Assembly: GCA_011525805.1 (NCBI GenBank)
Contig: WYBR01000040.1
Coordinates: 112,407-176,406, forward strand
From: Vicinamibacteraceae bacterium
GTDB lineage: Bacteria; Planctomycetota; Phycisphaerae; Phycisphaerales; UBA5793
DNA length: 64,000 nucleotides
Direction: 5' to 3'
Below the pieces are notes generated by a model. That model saw nothing but the letters and a program-made list of their open reading frames with translations, was not told where the DNA came from and did no database searches. Each line of letters opens with the position of its first letter. The stretch's first letter is position 1. Position numbers and translations under genes: made by a program. Below are positions 26,787-35,184 of the stretch, one piece after another.

Positions 26787-28280
26787 TCACAGGTCCGCCG
26801 CGACGAGCGACAGGTCCTTCCACTTGCGCAGTTTCAGGCCGAGCGTGCGCACCCCGATGCCCAGTTCAGCGGCGGTCCGCTGCCGGTGCCCCTTGTGGCG
26901 GTGAAGCGTCGCCACAATCACATCCCGCTCGATGTCTTCGAGGGGACGGTCGACGGCCCGTATGGCGATCTGCTCGCCCAGGGGCAGGACCACCTGCGGG
27001 GCGGGCGCATCGCTGCAAGGCGCCGAGGACACATGCGGACTCTCCTTGTCGTATGAGAGGGCGGCGAGCGCCCGCGGAGGCGACTCGATTGAGGGCGGCA
27101 TGGCCGCGTGGAGCCACGGTGCGATCGCGGCGGCGCTGATCGTGCTGCCCGGGGCGAGGATGCTCGCCCGTTCGCAGATGTTGAACAGTTCGCGCACGTT
27201 GCCCGGCCATTCGTAGGCCGTCAGCAGCGCGACCGCCTGCTGGTCGAATCGGCGCGGGGGGCGGCCCTCGCGCGATGCGACGAGACCGAGGAAGTACTCC
27301 GCCAGCACCGGCACGTCTTCGCGCCGATCGCGCAGCGGGGGCACGTGAATCGGCAGCACGTTGAGGCGGAAGAACAGGTCCTGCCGGAACGCGCCCCGCC
27401 GCACCGCTTCGTCGAGGTTGCGGTTCGTCGTCGCGATCACGCGCACGTCGGTCCGCTGCGTCACGCTCGAGCCGACGCGCTCGAACGCCCGCTCCTGGAG
27501 GACGCGCAGGAGTTTGGCCTGGACTTGCGGCGGAATCTCGCTGATCTCGTCGAGCAGAAGCGTCCCGCCGTCGGCGAGTTCGAAGCGGCCCTTGCGCAGC
27601 CGGTCCGCCCCCGTGAACGCGCCCTTCTCGTGCCCGAAAAGTTCCGATTCGAGCAGCGAGTGGGAGAGCGCCGCGCAATTGAGCGTGAGCATCGCCGCCC
27701 CGGACCGGGCGCTCGTCGCATGGATGAGTTGCGCGACGACCTCCTTGCCGACGCCCGATTCGCCGGAGATGAGCACGGTTCCCTGCGAGGGGGCGATGCG
27801 CCCGATCTGCTCGCGCAGAGACTGCATGACTGCCGACGGGCCGACGAGCGAGGGCTTACCCGATCCGCGAGGGCGCGCCGACTCGATTCGCGTCCGCAGC
27901 ACTGCGTTCTCGCGCAGCAGGCGGGCGTGCTCAACGGCCCGGTTGATGGCGGCGATGAGTTGATCGCCTTCGAAAGGCTTCATGATGTAGTCAAACGCGC
28001 CGCTCTTCATTGCGGCAACGGCGGTCTGCACCGTCGCGTACGCCGTCATGAGCACGACGGGCAACTGCTCGTCGATGCGCTTGATCTCCGCGAGCAGTTC
28101 CAGGCCCGTCATGCCGGGCATCTGGAGGTCGGTGATGACGGCGGCCGGCCGCTGGTCGGCGATGAGGCGCAGGGCGGTCGGTCCGTCCGCCGCCGCGGCC
28201 GCCTGAAGTCCAGCCCGGGTCAGCGTCGCCGTGACGCTGTCGCGCATGAGTTCCTTGTCGTCGACTACGAGGACGCGCAC
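26787..28280 (-). CDS. sigma-54-dependent response regulator (NtrC family; FlrC/FleR/FlgR-like)
   Basis: Receiver domain (MRVLVVDD, VITDLQMPGMTG). AAA+ domain with GESGVGKEVVA and the sigma-54 contact loop GHEKGAFTGA. C-terminal HTH (RTAAELGIGVRTLGLKLRK). Confidence 0.9.
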   Translation of the reverse strand: MRVLVVDDKELMRDSVTATLTRAGLQAAAAADGPTALRLIADQRPAAVITDLQMPGMTGLELLAEIKRIDEQLPVVLMTAYATVQTAVAAMKSGAFDYIMKPFEGDQLIAAINRAVEHARLLRENAVLRTRIESARPRGSGKPSLVGPSAVMQSLREQIGRIAPSQGTVLISGESGVGKEVVAQLIHATSARSGAAMLTLNCAALSHSLLESELFGHEKGAFTGADRLRKGRFELADGGTLLLDEISEIPPQVQAKLLRVLQERAFERVGSSVTQRTDVRVIATTNRNLDEAVRRGAFRQDLFFRLNVLPIHVPPLRDRREDVPVLAEYFLGLVASREGRPPRRFDQQAVALLTAYEWPGNVRELFNICERASILAPGSTISAAAIAPWLHAAMPPSIESPPRALAALSYDKESPHVSSAPCSDAPAPQVVLPLGEQIAIRAVDRPLEDIERDVIVATLHRHKGHRQRTAAELGIGVRTLGLKLRKWKDLSLVAADL

Positions 28281-29284
28281 TGACTACTCCTTCGAACGGG
28301 CACTTTGACGGCCGGATCCGACCCCGCGGAAGCGTCGGCCTGGAGAGCCGTCGGCAGCCGCAGACCGATGCTCGCCCCGCCGCCTTCCGCGCGGCCGATG
28401 CGGATCTCTCCGCCGTGGGCGTCGATGATGCGATGCACGATCGCCAGCCCAAGCCCTGTGCCCGCGGCGCGAGTCGTGAAGAACGGGTTGAAGATGCGCT
28501 CCGAAATCTCCTCCGGGATGCCCGGACCTGTATCGTCGATCTTCAGCAGGATCGCGGGCGCGGCGGCCACTCCGCCCGCGTCCTTCGGCGGCTCGGATGG
28601 GTCAACCTCCGCGTAGAGCGTGAGCGTACCTTCGCCCGACATCGCCTCGACAGCGTTGCGGATCACGTTCACAAGAGCCTGATTGAGAAGCGAGGCGTCA
28701 GCGAGCAGGGGAGGGAGGGTCGCTTCCGACTCGGCGTTGCGCCGGACGACGATGCGCGCCTCATGCATCATTGCCCGGCACGATTCGATCGCTTGGTCGA
28801 GCGCGGCTCCGACTCCCAGCGGCGCCGGCCTTATGGTGATCTCGCGGGCGAAATTGAGCACGTCGCCGACCACCGCGTCGAGGTCGGAAACCGCCCGAGC
28901 GATCTGCCGCGCCAGTCGGATCGATTCCGGCCGGTCTGCCAGGTCATCCACGAGCAGGGACGCATAGAGCCGGATCGAGCCGAGGGGATTGCGCACCTCG
29001 TGGGCGATGCCCGCGGCCATCTGTCCAAGCGCGGCCAGTTGGCGCGAACGGCGCAACTGCTCGTTGGTCTCGCGCAGTTCGCGGTTCAGGCGGCTCACCT
29101 CCGCCTGGAGCGTCTGGTGCGCGCCCTGAAGGCGGTCCGTGACGCGCGTGAACGCGGACATGATCTCCGCCAGGTCGGGCGTCTCGATCGAGGCGCCGGC
29201 CGTCGCCGGCGGGGGCGGCTCGGCGGCACGCGAGCGAGATCGCGCAGGTCGGGCGGGTCGGGCGTCGAGCAGCGTGCGGGTCAT
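28265..29284 (-). CDS. cytoplasmic histidine kinase without recognisable sensor domain (FlrB/FleS/FlgS-like)
   Basis: Trimmed to ATG 29284 (MTRTLLD), 5 nt after the upstream gene stop. Has a coiled coil, then H-box QMAAGIAHEVRNPLGSI, N-box VIRNAVEAM, G1 DTGPGI and G2 GTGLGLAIV. No TM segments. 16-nt overlap with the regulator gene. Confidence 0.85.
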   Translation of the reverse strand: MTRTLLDARPARPARSRSRAAEPPPPATAGASIETPDLAEIMSAFTRVTDRLQGAHQTLQAEVSRLNRELRETNEQLRRSRQLAALGQMAAGIAHEVRNPLGSIRLYASLLVDDLADRPESIRLARQIARAVSDLDAVVGDVLNFAREITIRPAPLGVGAALDQAIESCRAMMHEARIVVRRNAESEATLPPLLADASLLNQALVNVIRNAVEAMSGEGTLTLYAEVDPSEPPKDAGGVAAAPAILLKIDDTGPGIPEEISERIFNPFFTTRAAGTGLGLAIVHRIIDAHGGEIRIGRAEGGGASIGLRLPTALQADASAGSDPAVKVPVRRSSQCASS

Positions 29285-29288
29285 GGCG

Positions 29289-29780
29289 CTATCCCCGCCT
29301 GTCCATGAAGCGGTTGTGGGTTCCCGCGGCCGCTCCGGCGGCGGCGCCTGTGTAGGCCCGCTGCGTCTGGCGGATCGTGCGGATTTCTCCGAGCGAACGG
29401 CTGATGCCCGCGCCGCATTCTTCGAGGCGCGCGGCGATCTGCCGGTCCATCTCGCCGATGGTTCGCAGAATTGCGTTGAATCGTCCCGCGGCCGCCTCGG
29501 CCGCCGGCCTCTCCGCGGGCGCAAGGCGCGTGAGGAACGCGTCCCACTCCGGGCAGCACTGCCGGAACCGCCGATGAAGCAATTCGAGCGCGGCGACGCC
29601 CGCCGCCCGATCCGCTATGAGCAACCGGCTGCGCTCGACGTCGTCTTTGTCGAGACATGCGAGAACGAGACGAGACTGGCGATCGAGTTCGCCGCCCGCC
29701 TCGATCAGTCGTTGCAGGAGATCAGCAGGCGAGTCGGCGCCGAGGGCCGAAGCGGCGGGGTGAGTGGCTGATGCGGTCAT
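29289..29780 (-). CDS. hypothetical helical protein, first gene of the kinase/regulator operon
   Basis: 163-aa ORF ending 5 nt before the kinase start. Predicted helical (LLQRLIEAGGELDRQSRLVLACLDKDD...). No family recognised. Confidence 0.5.
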   Translation of the reverse strand: MTASATHPAASALGADSPADLLQRLIEAGGELDRQSRLVLACLDKDDVERSRLLIADRAAGVAALELLHRRFRQCCPEWDAFLTRLAPAERPAAEAAAGRFNAILRTIGEMDRQIAARLEECGAGISRSLGEIRTIRQTQRAYTGAAAGAAAGTHNRFMDRRG

Positions 29781-29888
29781 CCTGACCTTCCGTTGCGGCC
29801 GGCTCCGCCGGCGTCGATTCGACTCGTGGCGATCTCTTCATCATCATTTCGGCGCGGCGGACATGAAAACTTCTGCCCAGCCCGTTCT

Positions 29889-32438
29889 TCAGGGTGTCGC
29901 GCCCTCCGCTGAGGTCAGGCCGGCCTCCGCGAGACGGTTTGAGCGCAGCACCCGCTCCCAGGCATCGCGGTCCAGCGGCAGGGGACTCTTCTCAAACGCG
30001 GTGGCGGGCAGGTCGCGCAGCAGGCGCCAGGCGCGGTTCTGGGCCGTCCGGGCCGCGGGAAGGTCGCCGAGTTCGGCGTAGCAGTTGACGATCTGGATCA
30101 GCGCCACGATCGCCGTCGCGTCCTCCGAGTAGCGGTCCACCACGCCGGAATAGAGGCGGATCGCCTCGTGAAACAGGCCTTGGTCAAAGGCGCAGTCCGC
30201 CTGCCAGAACGCGGCGAACTTGAGATTCTGCCGAACCTGGGGCGAGCGCTTGTGCGGTGGGGTGGCCTCATAGCCCTCGATTGCGAAGACGTAGTTGGCC
30301 CCGGCCGCATCGAGATGTTCGCTGCGCGTCCGGTTGAGGCGCAGGCGCTCGGCCTCGGGCCGCTCCTGCGCGAGTTCATCGCCGATGGCCGCGGCGCTGA
30401 GGCGGTAGGCGTGCGCCAGGCGGTAGTGCAGGTCATGAATGCGGGGATCCGTCGGATATCGCTCGATGGCCTCGGTCAGCCGGCGGATCGCCTCGGGGTA
30501 GTACTCGGCCGCGGGTCGCGGCATCTGGTATTCGCCCGCCCGGCTGTAGAGAGTTCCGAGTTCGATGAGGGCGTCGGCGAACTCCCATGCATCGGGCGTC
30601 AACCCGGCTGCGCCGTCCACGATGTGCAGCAGCAGGCGCTCCGCTTCCGCCGGGTTGGCGCCGCCCGGCTGGCGCAGGTAGCATTGCGCCAAGGGGACGA
30701 AGGAGCGATGCGCTTCGATGGACTGGTGGTGCTTTGAGACCAGCGCGACGAACTGCTCGATGGCGCCCTCGAAGTCGCCCAGCGCCTGGTAGGATCGGCC
30801 GAGCATGTAGAGGCCCCACAGTTCGCGCGGGTGCCCCGAACTGAGGCGGATGAACTCCTTGAGCGATTGCACGGCCGCGAGGTACTCCCCTCCGCGGTCG
30901 TAGCACCGCGCCGCCCAGCGAAGCCACTCGGCCGAGGCGTCGGGATCGAACTGGATCGCCATTTCGGCCAGTCGGCGGTAGTGTTCCCCGGCGTCGAGGA
31001 AGTGCCGTTGAGCCTGCCGGCGCGTCGCCGCGTCCACCCGCGCCGTGTCGTCCGGCTCGATCGGCAGTCCCTCGTCGTTGACCATGATGCCCGCTTCGCT
31101 CCACGCCTGCGCCAGCATGGCGTCTCCGATCGTCCAGTTCGTCTGCGCCAGGCGGAAGACGAGGTCTTCGGGCATTTCGTTGCGCGCCGGGTAGAGGCTG
31201 GCCGCGACGCGGGCGAACTGGAGCGCCTCGTTGAGGCCCGCGAGATCGGGCGTCTCACGGCCGGCGATCGCCGCTTCCCGGCGCCGGTCGTGCCAGCCGA
31301 GCAGGCTCGTGCAGACCTGTCTCGCGGTGACGCTCGGCGTCCACTCGGTGCGCTTCGAGGCCGCCGCGAGCGCCCGCACGAGCGAGTTGTAATCTTCCAT
31401 CGCCTCCGGGGTTCGGCCCAGTTCGCACTGAACCTCCGCGCGGCCGAGCAGCGCGGGCAGAAACGCCGCGGTCCCCGGATAGGTGACCACGACGTGGTCG
31501 AGCATCTGGTGCGCTTCGTCCCACTCGAACCGCTGCTGAGCCAGTCTGGCTTGGAGGAGGATCGCTTCGCCCTTGAGCGCGCTGCTCGTCGGCAGCCCCG
31601 CCGCGGCCGTCTCAAGATGCTCCGCGGCGCTGTCCCACCGCCCCAGTTCAAAGAAACTGCGACCGAGCAGCAGGTAGAGCTCAGGAAACTCGCGGACCCC
31701 CTCGGCCCGCAACTGCTGCATCGCCACGAGGAGTTTGTCCACCGCCTCATCGACGAATCCCTGCTTGAGCCGCAGTTCCGTCAGGCGCGCGATTGACCAG
31801 ATCCGGTCCGCGGCGCTGAGGTTCGGTTCGGCCAGCAGGCGCATGAGCAGGTCGACTGTTCCGACATACTCCGATTCCGAAAGCGCGAGTTGCCGATCGA
31901 TGAGGGACTTGATCAACCGTTGACGCAGCGCCGACTCCGCAGCGGGGATCCGGTCGATGACCGCCGGCGCCTCGTCGGACTTCCCCAGCCGCACGAGCGC
32001 ATCGCCCAGTTGAAACAGTTGCTGGGGGGAGAGCGTCGTGCCGACCTCCTCCGCCCGGCGGTAGTCCTTGACCGCTTCGCCGAGGTTGTGCTCGGCGTTG
32101 CCGCCCAGCGCCACCTGCCGCTCATAGAACAGGTCGGCCCGCGTCAGCAGGTAGCGCTGGCCCTGCCGCTCAGTGAGGCGCGCAGCGTGGCGCTCGACCT
32201 CCACGAGGACGTCGAACGCGGCGTCGAACTCCTGCACGTCCGCCAGTTGCCGCACCTTGTCAAGAAGGCCGGAAAGATCGACCTCCGGACGGCTGCGGAC
32301 CATCAGCGTCAGCGCCAGCAGCATCAACCCCACGCTCGCGACGGCGGTCGGCAACTGCCACACCTGCCGCCATGAAGGTGGCGCCGCGTCACCGGCCGCG
32401 ATCGGAGAAGAGGAGTCTGTCGGGCGATCCTGAGCCAC
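29889..32438 (-). CDS. large TPR-repeat protein with one N-terminal TM segment
   Basis: ORF 29889..32792. The upstream part collides with the RIO kinase gene, so the start is provisionally set at in-frame GTG 32438 (VAQDRPTD). TM is LPTAVASVGLMLLALTLMV, followed by many TPR-like A/L/Y-rich repeats. Confidence 0.7.
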   Translation of the reverse strand: MAQDRPTDSSSPIAAGDAAPPSWRQVWQLPTAVASVGLMLLALTLMVRSRPEVDLSGLLDKVRQLADVQEFDAAFDVLVEVERHAARLTERQGQRYLLTRADLFYERQVALGGNAEHNLGEAVKDYRRAEEVGTTLSPQQLFQLGDALVRLGKSDEAPAVIDRIPAAESALRQRLIKSLIDRQLALSESEYVGTVDLLMRLLAEPNLSAADRIWSIARLTELRLKQGFVDEAVDKLLVAMQQLRAEGVREFPELYLLLGRSFFELGRWDSAAEHLETAAAGLPTSSALKGEAILLQARLAQQRFEWDEAHQMLDHVVVTYPGTAAFLPALLGRAEVQCELGRTPEAMEDYNSLVRALAAASKRTEWTPSVTARQVCTSLLGWHDRRREAAIAGRETPDLAGLNEALQFARVAASLYPARNEMPEDLVFRLAQTNWTIGDAMLAQAWSEAGIMVNDEGLPIEPDDTARVDAATRRQAQRHFLDAGEHYRRLAEMAIQFDPDASAEWLRWAARCYDRGGEYLAAVQSLKEFIRLSSGHPRELWGLYMLGRSYQALGDFEGAIEQFVALVSKHHQSIEAHRSFVPLAQCYLRQPGGANPAEAERLLLHIVDGAAGLTPDAWEFADALIELGTLYSRAGEYQMPRPAAEYYPEAIRRLTEAIERYPTDPRIHDLHYRLAHAYRLSAAAIGDELAQERPEAERLRLNRTRSEHLDAAGANYVFAIEGYEATPPHKRSPQVRQNLKFAAFWQADCAFDQGLFHEAIRLYSGVVDRYSEDATAIVALIQIVNCYAELGDLPAARTAQNRAWRLLRDLPATAFEKSPLPLDRDAWERVLRSNRLAEAGLTSAEGATP

Positions 32439-32634
32439 GCGCGGGGTCCATCTCTGCAGGGGCGTACCGATACCGCCGAAACTTCGAGGTCCACACCGCT
32501 TATCGGCACGGGCCGCCGCTGATCTCCAGACCGCCGGCCCAGTCTTCACCGGCGCCGGCCCTCTCGCGGCCCCGCCGCGGCGCGGGAGTATCCTTGATCC
32601 CCCGCGCCTGAACCGCGCTCCAGGACTCCCGCCG

Positions 32635-33405
32635 ATGGTCGAGAGCGATGCCGAACTTGACTTGCGCGACGTGATCCGCGCCGGCCATGTCAGCGCAATC
32701 GTCGGCGAACTCAAATCCGGGAAGGAGGCGACGGTCCACCTCGCCCGCGGCCCGGAGGGGCTGCTGGTCGTCAAGCGATACCGGCCCTTCACCGGGCGCC
32801 GCGTTCACACCGATCCGATCTATCGGCAGGGGCAGGTGTTCCGGGATCGTGAAGCGAGGGCGTTTGAGCGGCGCACTCGCTTCGGCCGCCGCCTGGCCGC
32901 GGAGACGTGGATCGCGGCCGAGTTCGCCACCCTCCGCCGCCTCGGCCGTGCTCGCGGCCTTCCGGTCCCGCGCGTTCTCGCACGCGTCGGCGCGTGCGTG
33001 GTCATGGAGTTCATCGCCGATGAGCCCGGCGGGGAGGGGCCGGCGCCTCGCCTCATCGACGCGCCGGTCCAGTCGAGCGAGGCGCGGACGCTGCACGCCC
33101 AGATCATGCTCGCCGTGATCGGTCTTTTCGAGCGGCACGTCGTTCACGCGGACCTCTCGCCGTACAACGTGCTCCTGCCGGCTGCGGCCTTGCCGCCCGG
33201 CGGGTCGGAATCCTCGCCGCGCCGCCGGCCGATCCTCATTGACTTTCCCCAGGCCGTCGATCCGCGAAAGAACCTCGCCGCCCGCGACCTTCTGGCGCAC
33301 GACGTTGCGCAGATCACCGCGTTCTTTCGACGACTCGATCCGGCGGTCTCGGACAACGATCTGGCTGCGCGTCTGTGGCGCCGATTCGAGTCAGGGTTGA
33401 TCTGA
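32635..33405 (+). CDS. RIO-type atypical serine protein kinase
   Basis: RIO signatures: ATP-binding loop LKSGKEATVHLA, catalytic loop HADLSPYNVLL, and metal-binding LIDFPQAVD. Confidence 0.85.
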   Translation: MVESDAELDLRDVIRAGHVSAIVGELKSGKEATVHLARGPEGLLVVKRYRPFTGRRVHTDPIYRQGQVFRDREARAFERRTRFGRRLAAETWIAAEFATLRRLGRARGLPVPRVLARVGACVVMEFIADEPGGEGPAPRLIDAPVQSSEARTLHAQIMLAVIGLFERHVVHADLSPYNVLLPAAALPPGGSESSPRRRPILIDFPQAVDPRKNLAARDLLAHDVAQITAFFRRLDPAVSDNDLAARLWRRFESGLI

Positions 33406-33786
33406 CGCGGGGGCCGAGGCGCCCTTCTTCTCCGCGAGGCGCTGCGCGTATTGCCGGACCCACGTCTCCCAACTCTTGCCCGCCGCCGTGTCGCGGCCGG
33501 TGAAGGCGAGGCGGCGGACGTCGCCCGCGTCGATGCCGGCTCGCCCGCCTTCCGTGAGCATGAGTCGAACCGTGAGTCTGCCGTCCGCATCCCGCCGGCG
33601 GTCGAAGAGGTACCCCTCGACAGTGCGGCCGTCTGCAAGCGTGAGCGTCACGTCGCCGCGGTAGTCGAATGCGAGTTCGATGGCGCGCTCGGCAACCTCG
33701 CGATCGCCGTCAAATACGAAGACGCGTCCCTGCGGCGAGTTCGCTTCGCTCGCCCGGGCGTCCGCGATGTGCCCCTGTTCGGTCAT
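33391..33786 (-). CDS. hypothetical protein
   Basis: ORF 33391..33927 trimmed to ATG 33786 (MTEQGHIAD). 131 aa. Codon position 3 is strongly G/C-biased. No family recognised. Confidence 0.5.
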   Translation of the reverse strand: MTEQGHIADARASEANSPQGRVFVFDGDREVAERAIELAFDYRGDVTLTLADGRTVEGYLFDRRRDADGRLTVRLMLTEGGRAGIDAGDVRRLAFTGRDTAAGKSWETWVRQYAQRLAEKKGASAPASDQP

Positions 33787-33799
33787 GCGATGCTCCGCA

Positions 33800-34087
33800 T
33801 CAGAATGAGAGCGACCGGCCCGATTCGAGGTCCAGCAACTGCCAGTGCGTGTTCTGGCAGATGCGCGTGAGCACCGACCAGGCCATGTCTTCTTCGATGA
33901 CGGCGACGAGCAGTTGCGAAACGTCATCGGCGCCGGGCGGAACCTGCATCGTCAACCCCGGGCCGTAGAGAAACTCGCCGTCGGGCACGTCCGGCGCGGT
34001 GTTGAACTTCGCCAGCGCCGCGAGAACCTCGCGCCGCGAGCCGAGCGTCGGCGCTTCATCGGAGTCGGCGGTGGCCGGGCCGGTCAT
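33800..34087 (-). CDS. hypothetical protein
   Basis: ORF 33800..34153 trimmed to ATG 34087 (MTGPATADS), which avoids overlap with the receiver gene. 95 aa. No family recognised. Confidence 0.45.
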   Translation of the reverse strand: MTGPATADSDEAPTLGSRREVLAALAKFNTAPDVPDGEFLYGPGLTMQVPPGADDVSQLLVAVIEEDMAWSVLTRICQNTHWQLLDLESGRSLSF

Positions 34088-34112
34088 GACGAGTTGCCGC
34101 TTGGCCAAGAGG

Positions 34113-34520
34113 TCAGTCCTTCGCGCGGGCGGCGGCCCGGGCCTTGAGTTCATCGGCCTGCTGGAGCAACTCCACCGACTTCTCGATGAGCACGTCCATC
34201 GAGAAGGGTTTCTGCAGGTAGAGATCGGCGCCCAAGCCCGTGGCGAAGGATCGGTGCCGCTTGCCCTCGTTGGCCGTGATCATGATCACCACCGGCGAGT
34301 CTTCATAGCCCTTGATCTTCTCGAGCACGAGAAACCCGCTGCGACCGGGCAGCATCATGTCGAGAATGACCAGGTCGGGCTTCTGCTCGAGGCAGGTCTG
34401 CACCGCCTTGTTGCCGTCACCGCAGGTGAGGGTGCGGGCGCCTTCGGCCTTGAAGATGGACTCGACTGAGTCGCGAATGTCGGACTCGTCATCGACGATG
34501 AGCACAAATCGTTCGGCCAT
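34113..34520 (-). CDS. receiver-only (CheY-like) response regulator
   Basis: MAERFVLIVDDESDIRDSV, phospho-acceptor context DLVILDMMLPGRSG, and conserved K in YLQKPF. No output domain. An alternative start is at 34538. Confidence 0.85.
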   Translation of the reverse strand: MAERFVLIVDDESDIRDSVESIFKAEGARTLTCGDGNKAVQTCLEQKPDLVILDMMLPGRSGFLVLEKIKGYEDSPVVIMITANEGKRHRSFATGLGADLYLQKPFSMDVLIEKSVELLQQADELKARAAARAKD

Positions 34521-34774
34521 CTGGCCCTGCCTGGTCATGACTCTGCTCCTCGGTGTGGGCGCGTCGCCGGCGGCCGGCACGGCGGGCGGACGCCGCCCCA
34601 GGGGGCGGACGCGGCTCCATGCCTAAGGATACGCTCTTGCGAAGCGGCGGAGCAGGGGCAGGCGATGGTCGCCTGGCGAAGGGTCGGCGGCGATTCGGGC
34701 TGCTCCCCCGCGCGAAGCCGAACCTCACCACCGCGGCCCATGAGGAATTCTGAGCAAACTCGCTCATTTTTCCC

Positions 34775-34808
34775 TTGCATGCTGCCCCGCCATCAGGTAC
34801 ATTTGTAC
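34775..34808 (+). promoter_or_regulatory. candidate sigma-70-type promoter (TTGCAT-N17-TACATT) with overlapping 12-nt palindrome GTACATTTGTAC
   Basis: TTGCAT at 34775..34780 and TACATT at 34798..34803, with 17-nt spacing. Palindrome at 34797..34808. Lies in an AT-rich patch 31 nt upstream of the first island gene, whose ATG (34839) is preceded by GAGGGAGAGG. Confidence 0.35.
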
Positions 34809-34838
34809 GCGGTTGCTCCAACCGCGAGGGAGAGGCAC

Positions 34839-35154
34839 ATGAGCAGGCCCGCCGTGCCAGTTGTGGAGGCAGTGACTGCCACCCTTGACACGACCACGAT
34901 CAGCGGCGATGCCGCGGAGGTCATCCTCCGTGCCCGCTCCTCCGACATCCAGGCGATCAGCCTCAACGTCTCGACCTCCGGCGAGGACGATCCCGACGGT
35001 TGCCGGCGCCAACGCCATGATTCTCTTCCCCGGCGAGTCGATCCGCCTGCCCGCCGACCCGGCGACGGGAACGCTGCTGGTGAAGTACATCATCTTCATT
35101 GATACGACGGCGCTGGCGAATCAGATTCTGGAAATCATCGAGATCGTGCCCTGA
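34839..35154 (+). pseudogene. island paralog P0, interrupted by a +1 frame change
   Basis: Frame of ATG 34839 gives MSRPAVPVVEAVTATLDTTTISGDAAEVILRARSSDIQAISLNVSTSGEDDPDG and then Arg-rich junk. The +1 frame gives ..VAGANAMILFPGESIRLPADPATGTLLVKYIIFIDTTALANQILEIIEIVP ending at 35154. Both halves match the P1-P3 family. The 316-nt span is not a multiple of 3. Confidence 0.6.
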
Positions 35155-35184
35155 CGCGTACTAGCCCTGCGGAGGAGGGCGAAG

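Noticed and set aside
29781-29888. GCCGAAAT upstream of the first gene of the kinase/regulator operon, considered as a sigma-28 -10 element.
   Set aside because: Only 6/8 positions match, and no -35-like TAAA/TCAA lies at the required spacing.
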